Assembly (NCBI RefSeq): GCF_037042905.1
Contig: NC_087245.1
Coordinates: forward strand, 2,110,001 to 2,174,000
From: Lytechinus pictus
Lineage: Eukaryota
DNA: 64,000 nucleotides
Direction: 5' to 3'
Shown here: piece after piece, positions 26,540-37,863 of the stretch
Numbering within the stretch: the stretch's first letter is position 1
How the letters are laid out: each line of letters opens with the position of its first letter
Program-made: the position numbers and the translations under genes
The notes under the pieces: generated by a model
The model's input: the letters and a program-made list of their open reading frames with translations, nothing else
Databases searched by the model: none
Told to the model about the DNA's origin: nothing

Positions 26540-27134
26540 AGGACAAGTCCACTCCAACAAAAAGTTGATTTGAATAAAAAGAGAAAAATTCAACAAGCAT
26601 ATCACTGAAAATTCCATCAAAATCGGATGTAAAATAAGAAAGTTATGACATTTTAAAGTTTCGCTTAATTTCACAAAAAAAGTTATATGCACATCCTGGT
26701 CGGTATGCAAATGAGGAGACTGATGACGTCATCCACTCACTATTTCTTTTGTATTTTGATATATGAAATATTCTAATTTTCTCATTGCCAAGTGAAACAA
26801 CGATTAATTCCTCCCTGAACATGTGGAATTAGCATTGTTTAATACTATATGGTTCAGTCAAGTTGGTCCTTTTTGTCAAATCTGTCAAAAAATGAAATAT
26901 TGTATAATTAAAACAATAGAAAACAAAAGAAATTGTGAGTGATGGACATCATCGACTATCTCATTTGCATGTTACTCAGTTGTGCATATCACTGTTTTGT
27001 GAAAAATAATTGAAACTTTAGAATGTCATAACTTTCTTATTTTACATCTGATTTTGATGAAATTTTCAGTGTTGTGCTAGTTTGATTTTTCTCTATTTAT
27101 TCAAATCAACATTTTTCTGGGGTGGACTTGACCT
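26540..27134. mobile_element. Kolobok-type MITE family K1
   Basis: TTAA TSD both sides; AGGACAAGTCCAC / GTGGACTTGACCT ends; long inverted arms. Confidence 0.92.
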
Positions 27135-29219
27135 TTAAGGGCTCATGTCTGTCAGATATGACACTCCTAGCACTTAAATTAAAATTCTTGCCTTAGCTTT
27201 CTTAACGGTGCTCTAATATTTAGACATATAAATTGACTTTAGGTCCTTAAAATTCTGAATACTCAAATACAATCATGCAGTTTAGCATCCCTATAGTTTT
27301 CTATTTATATGTATTTCTCCTCCCAATACCATCATTTGTTTCTGAAGAAATCCAATCAAAATGGGAATTTTTAAAAAGAGTTGTGAACATAATGAGATGT
27401 GCAAACCTGCATTGACATGAAGAAAAGAAAATCAGAGAGTTAGTGATAAATTCAAGTTCAAATGAATACAAAATATGCATGAAGAATAATTTGAGTTTAA
27501 AAAACAAGACAAAGCAAAACTATTATTTTGTTTTCCATAAGTACAGACCAACTGAAAGCAAATAGAAACCGCTGTTCTTCCATATCAGTAACAATACAAC
27601 TGAAACTTAACAGATGGGATGGCTGTTTAAACCAGTAGACAGCTGGGGAATCTTTCATTTGACCCCAATTTCTTAAATACTATACTGGAAGTGTATATAT
27701 CCATCTTCCAGATTTAAAAACATCTCATCTTTCCTTCCATATATCACATTGTGGAAGTTACATGTATTTTTACTAGAATTATACCAGTATTTCAGGAAGA
27801 GGTAATGAGGAGATAAGTTTGATATACGACAAAAATAATGATCACAATGATTTATTGAAATTGAAATATTGAAAATGAAATATATAAGGTTATTCTATGG
27901 CATGGGTGAAAATAGGATGGGATGTTCACCCCCTTGAAATAAGAAAGACTGATAAAAAAGCCATAGATGAAAGAACAATTTAATGAATAAAACTTGTTTG
28001 AATGAAAAGTGAGAAACTCGTACTGTATTACTAAAGACACATTGTTTATGCAATTTTGATTTTTTAAGATGTAATGATAAAGTCATAAGAATTAAGTGGT
28101 CCAGTTAGATGGTAAATATTAAAAAATAATCTGAGTTGGTATAAAGTATAAGGAAATGATATTGGTTTGCAATTTAACTTCTTTTTGAACAATGCTTGAA
28201 GTTTAGGAAATTCTAAAATGATGAGGATCAGAAATGTATGTATTTCTTTTATTATAATTTATGTACTGGTAGTTCATATACTATGTAGTTTTATACTCTA
28301 ATTTATATAAAACAAATGCAGGTATGTGCGTATTACTTAGTTGGAAATCAATAAAATATCTACCCTGTGTAACTTTGAAAGAGTAATAAACATACAAAGC
28401 AAACTTTCTGTGCATCAGATTTTCCACAGCTACCAGCGGGCACATAATTCTTTATAAATCAACAATTGATCATTAAGTTCTTTAATATGACATTTTTGGA
28501 CGTAATTGCATTATTTTTTTCCAATGTTTTATCATGCTGTGTACAGAATTTCAAAATGTCAAACCCCAAACTAAATAAAAGAGCAAAATCCTGGAAATTC
28601 TTTTATTCAAAGTTGACAATACAACCTCTTTCCGTCAACCAATTCATTGACATTTATTATCAGTCATCCTATTGTCTGTTTACCTCCTAAAATATTAGCA
28701 CTAAATCAGTGAATAGAAAAAGCTCAAGAGAAGGAAATGTGGAGCCTGAACTTCGCCCTCCAATTGAATTGCTTTTGCACAATTTATGCTGCATACTTTT
28801 AATAAACAGTGACTTTATAAAGAGTTGTATTGTAGGCTTGATAGCCCAAGGCATTCAATTGTATAAGAAATTTTGCTCATATAAATATTATTAGCTTGTC
28901 ATACTTGGTCTGAAATTTAGATAATCCATTCAAGTGAAGACTTTTTAACCACGGCAAATTGGGATAGGTTGGCATGAACTCGATAGAGCCTATAGAACAA
29001 TCATTATTGATTTCAATAATCTTAAAATCTATACAATTTGCTTAAGTTTTTTTGGCTGGATGCCAGGTGGGTGAATTACAGTTAAAGAATAATAAAAACT
29101 AATTCATTTTCTAACAATATTAGATATTAAAAGAATGATTTTGGTATGCAAAAAATATTGGGCGCGTGATTTTTTTTACAGTGTATTTCTCTTAACGGTT
29201 CAGTAGTTCTGCCGCAACA

Positions 29220-29403
29220 CTGATGCTGATGTTGCTGCTGCTAGTGCTACTGATGCTAATATCACCACACGACTGTTGCCAACACTCACACCACTTCTAT
29301 GACTCCTACTACTGCTGATATACTGCTGCTGCTGCTGCTACTACTACTAATGCTGCTACTGCTACTTCTACTACTACTAAATAACTACTGTCACTATTAC
29401 TAC
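29220..29403. repeat. Degenerate (CTG/CTA)n microsatellite
   Basis: Runs of CTGCTG and CTACTA. Confidence 0.8.
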
Positions 29404-29470
29404 AAAAAAAAAATCCATATTGTTTGAAACAGAAATCCTCAAAAAAATTATTTTGCCCAATTAATTTATA

Positions 29471-29608
29471 GCTCTATCCCTTGAACTTTTGAACGCCAAA
29501 CAGGGTAGCAGCAACACCCATCTTTCAACCTCTTTGGTCTGACGCGCCGGGTATGATTTTCCAACCTCCAGGTTGTGAGACAGATGCTCTACCAACTGAG
29601 CCAACACA
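29471..29608 (-). mobile_element. tRNA-derived SINE (head and core)
   Basis: Minus strand GTGTTGGCTCAGTTGGTAGAGCATCTGTCTCACAACCTGGAGGT (Pol III box A, tRNA-like head) followed by core GATGGGTGTTGCTGCTACCCTGTTTGGCGTTC; box B decayed; second copy at 31725-32918. Confidence 0.8.
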
Positions 29609-31743
29609 CTATATACTTCCACCACTAGCACTCTTACCATTCTACCACTTCTACACTTCTATGATGATGATGAGTGCTATTACAATTAAAATTATGTATG
29701 CTTGTTCTACAAATCCTAATATGATACAACATCTACATATTCCCTCCACATCTATTAATTTTTTTCATTTTATTTCATCTACAGTATTCACAAATATTTG
29801 CTTAATTTTATTTCTTTTAAATAACACACTTTCAAAACAGGACAGAGGACATGTCTTAAGAAAAAAATGACTTGTTACAGAAATCTAAAGTAGACCAGTT
29901 TGAAAACTACTTGTCAGGTTTCCATTACAGAAGACACTTTTAGGAGAGCAAGTGAGATCACATGTAGGAAATAATAGAATGATGACAGACAAATCACCAG
30001 ACAGAGAGGCAGACAGAAACTGATAGGGTATTAAAAAATAAGACAAGTTCATATTCAGGAAATTTTCCCAGGGTGAGAAAATATAAGATGTGTTGAAACA
30101 ACTTCTTATGCGATGGGTTTATTTTAAACAGAAATATGGTAGATAAATAGTGAGTTTTCTGTGTTCAAATATATTAAAATACCATTGTTTGTGTTGCTGA
30201 ATCTGAGAATTCAGTTCAAACTGTAATATTTGTTTTTCTTCAGTCATAAAATTCTGCCAAACATAGTCATTTGATTTTGCCATAATGAAACGGAGATCTT
30301 GGTCATAATTCTGTGCACATCACTGCAGTCGTAGACATGATAGAATTGATCATTAACTTATCCCTTGCATTAAGACGATTTTAATTTGCACCTTTTCAGC
30401 CTTTCATGTTTGCCTTTGCAATAATTATGAAAAATAGTGTGAGTACAACATTGGTCTGATTAAAATACATTTGAAAAACCATGTTTCTCCTATAAAAACT
30501 TGAATGCAGTCTTGAATGTGCCTAATCTTATCTAGATATTTTCATGTTTAGACCATGTTTAGACTAGTTCATAGAACACCCTTCTAGTGTATTCCTGGTA
30601 TATGTAGTTTGGTAGGCATGAATCATGTGTGTTATTCCACTGCCATATATTATCATATTTATCACACTTCTTCAACATCTATACCCCATATATAGATCTA
30701 CAAAAGCTAAAATACAAAAATCAGAATATTAAATAGCACTATTAGACATTATTTGATAACTTGTTGTTTACACATGGCTAGCATCAATATTAGAAAAGGG
30801 CTGCTGTCTATTAATTTTTAAGTTTCATGTTATCTTCATCCAGTCTACAAAGTTACTCTGTTAAGCTTTCTAAACTTAGTTTGGTTTGACATCATGAAAC
30901 CTTTCCCATGAAAGGTTAGCATCTGAAACTGAGAGACTGGAATTGATGGGTTATTTGATTCTAATTCTGTGAGAAAAGAACAAAAATGCATTTGTTCCAT
31001 TTAACATGCACGGTCTCACCAGCATAATCATCTCTCAAAGGTATAAAATAACTGAAGGTGGTCATATTTTATAGTTGTTAATAGTCAGTCTGTCTCAATT
31101 TATTGCTATCATCTCTAAATCAGTTTCATAAATCAGTAAATACACTTATTTTTACAAACTGTATTTCTGTGATACCTACAATGTATTATTTGTATTTTCT
31201 CATCAAGATGATAATTTATTGCCTCAAAACTTTTATGATCGCCTATTTTGAATCACATTATTTTTATTCTATCTTGGTTTATGACTTTTGTAAAGTAATG
31301 TTTTATCAAGCTTCAATATTTTTCAATGAGTAATAAACTGTCAAGTGTCAATTAGTGTATAGTGTGAAGAGTGGTTTCGATGGTCATTAGGTGGTCAGAA
31401 GGAAATTAATTCAGGGATATGTATATTTGAACTGACTACTGCAAACTTCCGTATATTCAGCCTAGAAAATTATGACCACAAAAATCATTTAAGGTAATCA
31501 TATGGGCTATTAGTAAGAAAGCTAATGAAATACAAACTGTCTCTGAGCTCGACTAGATGCATTAGAATCCTAATCAGAAGTTTCCCTAAATTTGTTATGA
31601 ATGCTTGGTAATCAATACTACTGGCTGTTCATGATATTGCATGAATTATTATGGTAACATTGCTAAACAGCAAATCAATATAACAGATTTCATGGTAATT
31701 ACCATTAGCTGTGAAGTAATTTGTGTGTTGGCTCAGTCTTTAA

Positions 31744-32346
31744 AGGGGAATCCAACCCAAATAAAAACTTGTTTTTATAAGGAAAAGAAAAATCAGACAA
31801 GTTGATAGGTGTAAGTTTGAACAACATTGGACAAACAACAAGAAAGTTATGAATTTTTAAAAGTTGTAAATATTGGTAATCACTATACCCATGGAGACTT
31901 CAAATTGGCCGCATATGGGATGTCATAGTGATGTACATGTAAGGCAAGGACTACTCTTCCATGTACTCCAATACATATTATGGCTAAAATGTCATTTTTC
32001 CCAAAAGTTTTATTTCAAATTATATTTTTCTTTCATGAGGACATAAAACAATATACTACCTGGGTTTATATTAAGATTACTGCCCCAGGGAATGGGTACT
32101 TATAGGAGAAAACCACATATCCCTGATAATAAAGTACATGGCCTATGGGAAAGTTGTCCTTGCCCCTTTTCATAATTTACTTACCCAGTTGCCAATTTGA
32201 AATCTACATAGTAATAGTGATCTCAATTTTAAAGCAGCTGTAACTTTCTTATTGCTTGTCCGATTTCTTTCAAACTTTCACCATTCTGTTTAATTTATTT
32301 TTCTCCTTCACAACACAACATTTTATGGCCAAGGCTGGATTCCCCT
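31744..32346. mobile_element. Kolobok-type MITE, family K2
   Basis: TTAA TSD; ends AGGGGAATCCAACC / GGCTGGATTCCCCT; inverted arms. Confidence 0.9.
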
Positions 32347-32444
32347 TTAAGCATCGGTCTCACAACCTGGAGGTCTGGGGTGCAAGCTCTGGCCGTGTCA
32401 CACCAAAAGACATTAAAAGATGGGAGTTGCTGCTACCCTATTTG

Positions 32445-32885
32445 CAAACCTGCCAACCAGTACGTTTTTGGTGTATTTAGTATGTTTTTGCAACCAAAAT
32501 ACGGCAGTACGTTTTTTCTTTTAAAAATATGTATTTGTATAAATTTTTTTATTTTTTACAAAATCGTAATTTATTGAGAAAAATCATCTCTATATGTCTC
32601 TATTTCATAAAACTTACACAAATATGGTTATTAGATCAATGTAATTTCAGGTAACTTGTTTTTTCTTTCTTCAATCATTTTGTTAAAACCAGGGTGAAAT
32701 ATACACATGTTTAATTTTTTGTTTTCATCTGCAAGAGCAGTGTGCATTTTAGCTTGCATGCAGCTTGAGCGCCGCGATGAGCAAGTGCGCCACGCAATTT
32801 ATTATGAAATACACTTTTTTTGGGAATAATACACTTTTATTTATCACAGAATACACTTTTTCATTCCCAGAGGTTGGCAGGTCTG
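32445..32885. mobile_element. hAT-like MITE with 6-bp TSD
   Basis: TIR CAAACCTGCCAACC / GGTTGGCAGGTCTG; TATTTG duplicated on both sides; the other SINE copy has a single TGTTTG at this position. Confidence 0.88.
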
Positions 32886-34046
32886 TATTTGGCGTTCAAC
32901 ATTGCAAGGGATAGAGCTATGTTGATCTGGCGCTGCACAGTGGCTGCCGGGCTCACGATCAATTTGGCAAAAAGAATTTCAGTATTTCAATTTCAGATTT
33001 CGTTTAGAACAATAAAATATGGATTAAAAAAAAATCATCAATTGTATGTTTTATGTAACAAGTCCCTAGTTTGGCTTTTCTTTTCTTGGCCCTTCATATA
33101 ACTACAAGGGTTTTGATCAGGGAGTGTTGGGACACCATCATTAGTCCTAATTGGCACGTTCTTCAATGTGAACTTTGACATCCAGGAAGTGATATATCCA
33201 TGGGATGGGTCAGATAAGTCATCCAAATTGGATATTTGGTGTTGATTTTGTGAATGAATTATGGCTTTCGGGAAGGAAGCTAGTACAGGAAGCTGGTGGG
33301 CCGTCTTGGGTTAGATCAGGCCAGGCTATCGGATCTGGTAATGGTTTACAATCATTATCCTTGTTGAACAAGATTTCACAACCGCTTCCCGATTTTTGTA
33401 TAGTAGAAGTAGGGGTCATAGAGTTCAGTACATGGGTTTGCATACATGTCACAGCAGATTCTTTCAACCTACTAGTTCATTTAGCACAGTAGAACTAATT
33501 GTACATGTATGAGATTTAGAAGTGATCTGTGATTTATCTGAAATCATCACTACTGCTTGAAGTGTAGAACGATTGAATGTAATCAACATCTGGCTGTAGG
33601 AGTTTAAATTATTCTGATTTTACTTATGGGGCGATTGTCATGCATATGAAAGTACATCCATTGTTAATAATATTTATTACAACCTTTTGTGAAATTTTTT
33701 TTCTCCAAAATAATGGTTGCCAGGACAGACATGTTTTTTATATAGTATTGATAAAATTGAGATTTAACTCACAACACTGCTAACTTTCATCTTATTCACT
33801 TCCATATAAGGCAAAAATTTAATGTGCCATCATCCTGGAAATTAAGTTTCACTTTTTAGCTTTATTTTTTTATTTCTTTTATTACTTATAATTTTTGTAT
33901 TTTTCTCCCAACATGAATATAAGCCTCATTCATAATTCAACAATAAAAATCTTTAAAATCTCAAACAAAATACAAAAGTATCTTGTAACAAAAAGTGTTT
34001 TAAACTAACACTAATCATGGAGTTCTACGTAGTGCACTAGTTCTAA

Positions 34047-34625
34047 TACCCTTTTTACACAGGATTTTCTTAGCCCCGGACTATCGCTAACCCCGTACTA
34101 TCCTTAACCCCGTACTATTTTTTTTCCTTTTCACACATGCCAAATTGTTATTGCTAACCCCGGATAAGGAATGCTTGCTTTTCACACACGAAACTCGCTA
34201 ACCCCGGACTAGTGGTAGCTCATTCACTCGTACCCTTTTTATACCCTTTTTACGCACGCTAAAATTTCCTTAACCCCGTACTATAGGTGGGGCTAAATTG
34301 CCATTTAGCCCCACCTATAGTACGGGGTTTAAATTGCCATTTAGCCCCACCTATAGTACGGGGTTAAGCTTAGCCCACTTTCGTTTTACACTAGCGATCT
34401 TAACCCCGTACTATCGCTCTTAGCACCGCAATTGCTGGGATAACCCTGCTTTTTTGCAGGGCCAAATAATCCCGTACTAAAGGTGGGGTTAGCCCACTTT
34501 GCAAAAATGCTGTGTAAAAAGAAAGTGGGCTAAGCTTAACCCCGTACTATAGGTGGGGCTAAATGGCAATTTAGCCCCACCTATAGTACGGGGTTAAGGA
34601 CATTTCAGCGTGTGTAAAAAGGGTA
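34047..34625 (-). mobile_element. PIF/Harbinger-type MITE, hairpin family A, copy 3 (inverted)
   Basis: Same TIRs; exact TSD TAA/TAA; extra duplicated hairpin arm and doubled internal TIR. Confidence 0.93.
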
Positions 34626-35665
34626 TAAGTGTCATACAATTGCACTAGCAGCCTTCAACCACACAGTGCCAATTTATATTGACTGGAAAATGAAGTAATC
34701 TCCTTTATTGTCAAATTTGTTTGCAGTTGATAAAATGAAAATGGGAAAGGAATTCAAAAGGAAAAAAATGGCTAATCGTCCCTGGCACTGACCTTTCAAC
34801 CGGGAGTGTGTTTAATGAATAACATCGTCAAAATCTGGTAATATCATTGAGGGCTGCCTCTGATTTCTTTCTAAAGAGGACATGATATTTCTAAAGGTTC
34901 AGTCATGGGTGATAGTTAGATATCACTATGAATGTAGTGATCTCACAAAGCTATAATTGATTATCATTCATATCTGAGCTTTCTGAGCTCTCTATCCCTG
35001 CCTCCCTTACTCTCAAACTATTGTTAATATTGAATGAGGAGATTATGTGTAGTTTAGGTGGAGAAATATTGCAAATTTCGTCACAAGGCTCTGTACATGC
35101 GTATATATCCTGCGCCATTCATAAAGGCCTATGTTCAAAGGAATTAGATTATTCTTGAAGTTGGATGTATTGAATGTTAGATCCCAAAGTAATTGTATGA
35201 GAAAATGGAAGGAGACTATCAATAACTTCATCCTAATATGATCATGATCAAATAGCTCTGAAGACATAAGAGGGAATGGTATCCAAACTCTTTGATCTTG
35301 TGGACGAAAATTGTAAAATGAATCCTGTTTATGCAAGGGGAATATGCAGGGCCTTCTGTGTGTATTCATGTCTGTGATTATATTGGGAACAGAAACTAGA
35401 TTCCGAATGAGAATAATCACAACTTTTGGCAGTAAATAGCTTTGAGCATTTGGTTAAGATTGAACAACTTTACTGGATGTCAAACAAGGTCCACAAGGGC
35501 CCCATCATTGTTATGATTGGTAGAAGAGTGATGACACGATTTGCCCCCATATTGAAACCTCTGCATAAATCAGTCAGTGTTATAATTTGGCTGAGAAGCA
35601 ATGTCTATATATTAAACTATGGTATAAAACTCTTCTGCTAGTAAATTTGTGATCTGATTTCTAAC

Positions 35666-36880
35666 TTAAAATGAGAATGAAACACAGGGGACAAGTTGGG
35701 TTGTGTGAAAGGAGGAAAGTGAAAGAATAGGGTCTACAAAAGTTTGAGTAAAATTGGACAAACAATCACGCTTGAGTTAAGTTATGAGCATTTGAATGTC
35801 GAGAACGATGGAGTTCCAATAGCAATGCGACCAAGGCCGTGTTTATGCTTCCACTTTTCAGGCCAGAATCAGCGTTTCCATACGTGATTAGTCCAAAACA
35901 TGGTTGTGTCCAAGCTTACTTTCATTTAAACGACGTTTCAAAACGCCGATCGTAAACTCACAAAAAGGTGCGTTTGTCAACGTCGTTCGACCAGAATCAG
36001 GCTTTCTGGGGAAGTATAAACAGAACCACGATCGTAAACGTGTTTAAATGACGTCATTTGGTATTCGCTTCCGGTGAGATGAAAATCCGCGCGCAAATAC
36101 AGTCGCATCGCTCCATGGTCGCATGTTACCTCCACGGAATTAGCTCTCATCTCCCTTGTTACATTCGCATGTGTGATATTACTAGTATCACTCTTCCGAT
36201 TTGTCATCACGATGAATGTTGAGGGATTTACACAAAAAAACTGGAACATGAGTTATAATGAGGAGACATCGCCAGATGCCCCAGTAGCATAAACGAAATA
36301 GATTTTTTATTTGATATTCTTAATTTTTTTCTCACTATTATCCTCACCATGGTGGAAATTATATGGCTACGTCAAGAAGCTCCATGCATTGTTCTATGTT
36401 TATATAACAGTCGACGACCATCCCCATAACAACACTCGGAAAAAAAAAAATCGAAAAAGGGCATAAACAGCACTCCCAGAACCACGTTTACTATCGGCGT
36501 TTTGAATCGACGTTTGAAAACGCTGATTCTGTCCTCACAATGGAAGCATAAACACACCCCAAGATCTGTGATGTCACACATGTACAACTGTCTCCTTTGG
36601 AAATTATACTCCAAACATCTCTTTTTTGCTCATTCTAATGATATGAAGAACAATTCATCTATAATATAGGCCTAATGTGAAATATGTTTGTCCTCTCACT
36701 GATCTAGCGATAAACTACGGTATATAAAAGAGAAAGTGTAAGTTGAATTTGTACTTAAGTTATGGGGAAGTTATACATGTGCGACATCACAGTTTTTTGT
36801 TGTTGCATTGCCAGATCACAATCTGATTAAAAGCATTCCTGTTGAATTATCTTCTTTTTGGGTTTGTGAGTTTCTCACCT
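35666..36880. mobile_element. Degenerate Kolobok-type MITE family K3 (host of nested insertion)
   Basis: Aligns with 45430-47885 (GAGAATGAAAC, GTTATGAGCATT, GCAATGYGACCAAGATCTGTGATGTCACAC, CTTTTTGCTCATTCTAAT); ends approximate. Confidence 0.7.
35835..36559. mobile_element. PIF/Harbinger-type MITE nested in K3
   Basis: TIR GGCCGTGTTTATGCTTCCA / TGGAAGCATAAACACACCC; TSD CAA/CAA; empty site GACCAAGATC seen at 45591-45600. Confidence 0.88.
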
Positions 36881-37148
36881 ATATCATACAAAATTAATCA
36901 GTCTGTCACCTTTATTTTATCATTTTAAGGTACATTTAGAAGCTAATGTTCATCCCATTATTCCACTTCATTCTTCAGCTGATTCTGCAAGTGTTGTGTG
37001 AAGAGGTTAAAATAGTTATGCACTTCAAAAGTAATTAAAAACACTATTGATATATGTTCAAAACCACAACTACAATGACAGGTGGATATAAGCTCCATAT
37101 CTCTCTGGATGTCCCTTTTGGAATCGCTCCCTGATCATTCATGAGTAA

Positions 37149-37549
37149 TACCCCTTTCATAAACCCAATAAAACCCAATTATGCGGCTAATAGCAGCATA
37201 TTTTGGTCGTAAAATCAGAGGAGGACAAGAGTTATCCGCATTATTCTGATGCTGCTATTATCCGCATAATAGCAGCATCGGGACAAGATTTTGAGTTTAT
37301 GAACGTATTTCCAAATAATGCGGATAATTGCCATGGTGCGGTCACAAGGTCACCCTTTTCCAACACAACCGCATCGGAGGGGGCGTGTCCAGTTGTCATG
37401 ACGATTATCCGCCTTTTTTCAGGACGGGCGCTCGTAAAAATAATGCGGATAATTTTCGGAGTTTGTGAACGCAATTTTTATTGAATTATCCGCATTACTC
37501 TTAGGCGGCTAATTGGAGGATAAGTTTTATTGGGTTTATGAAAGGGGTA
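37149..37549 (+). mobile_element. PIF/Harbinger-type MITE, family C, copy 2
   Basis: Perfect TIR TACCCCTTTCATAAACCCAATAAAA; TSD TAA/TAA. Confidence 0.93.
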
Positions 37550-37768
37550 TAAGTCTCATAAAAATTAATTCTAATGACTGATTGAAGTGAATGATTACTG
37601 GAAGTGAGGGATAATTAATAAGCAGTTATTATATACCCACTTTAAGCATCTGTCTGAATTCTTAAGTGGCTATCATTGTGTGATTATTTTGCTTAAAATC
37701 ACAAGGAAATCAAAATAAAAGTTTCAGTCAGTGATTTCAGACCTGCATGTTTGATCACAAATTACCCG

Positions 37769-37791
37769 TATATATATATATATATATATAT
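37769..37791. repeat. (TA)n microsatellite
   Basis: About 11 TA units. Confidence 0.9.
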
Positions 37792-37863
37792 GAGAACTTA
37801 TTAAGGCCTAAAACCCCCAAATGATTAATTATGTGCATTCACACTTGCCTGGAGTTTCCTTAA

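Larger units (their letters stand above)
31725..32918 (+). mobile_element. tRNA-derived SINE interrupted by two MITE insertions
   Basis: Pieces 31725-31743, 32351-32444 and 32892-32918 rejoin to align with 29471-29608. Confidence 0.8.

Noticed and set aside
29540..29608. Possible tRNA gene
   Set aside because: Box B/T-arm decayed and followed by a shared SINE core present in a second copy.
33038..33492. Cluster of overlapping ORFs
   Set aside because: No recognisable motif or convincing splice signals; stops nearby.
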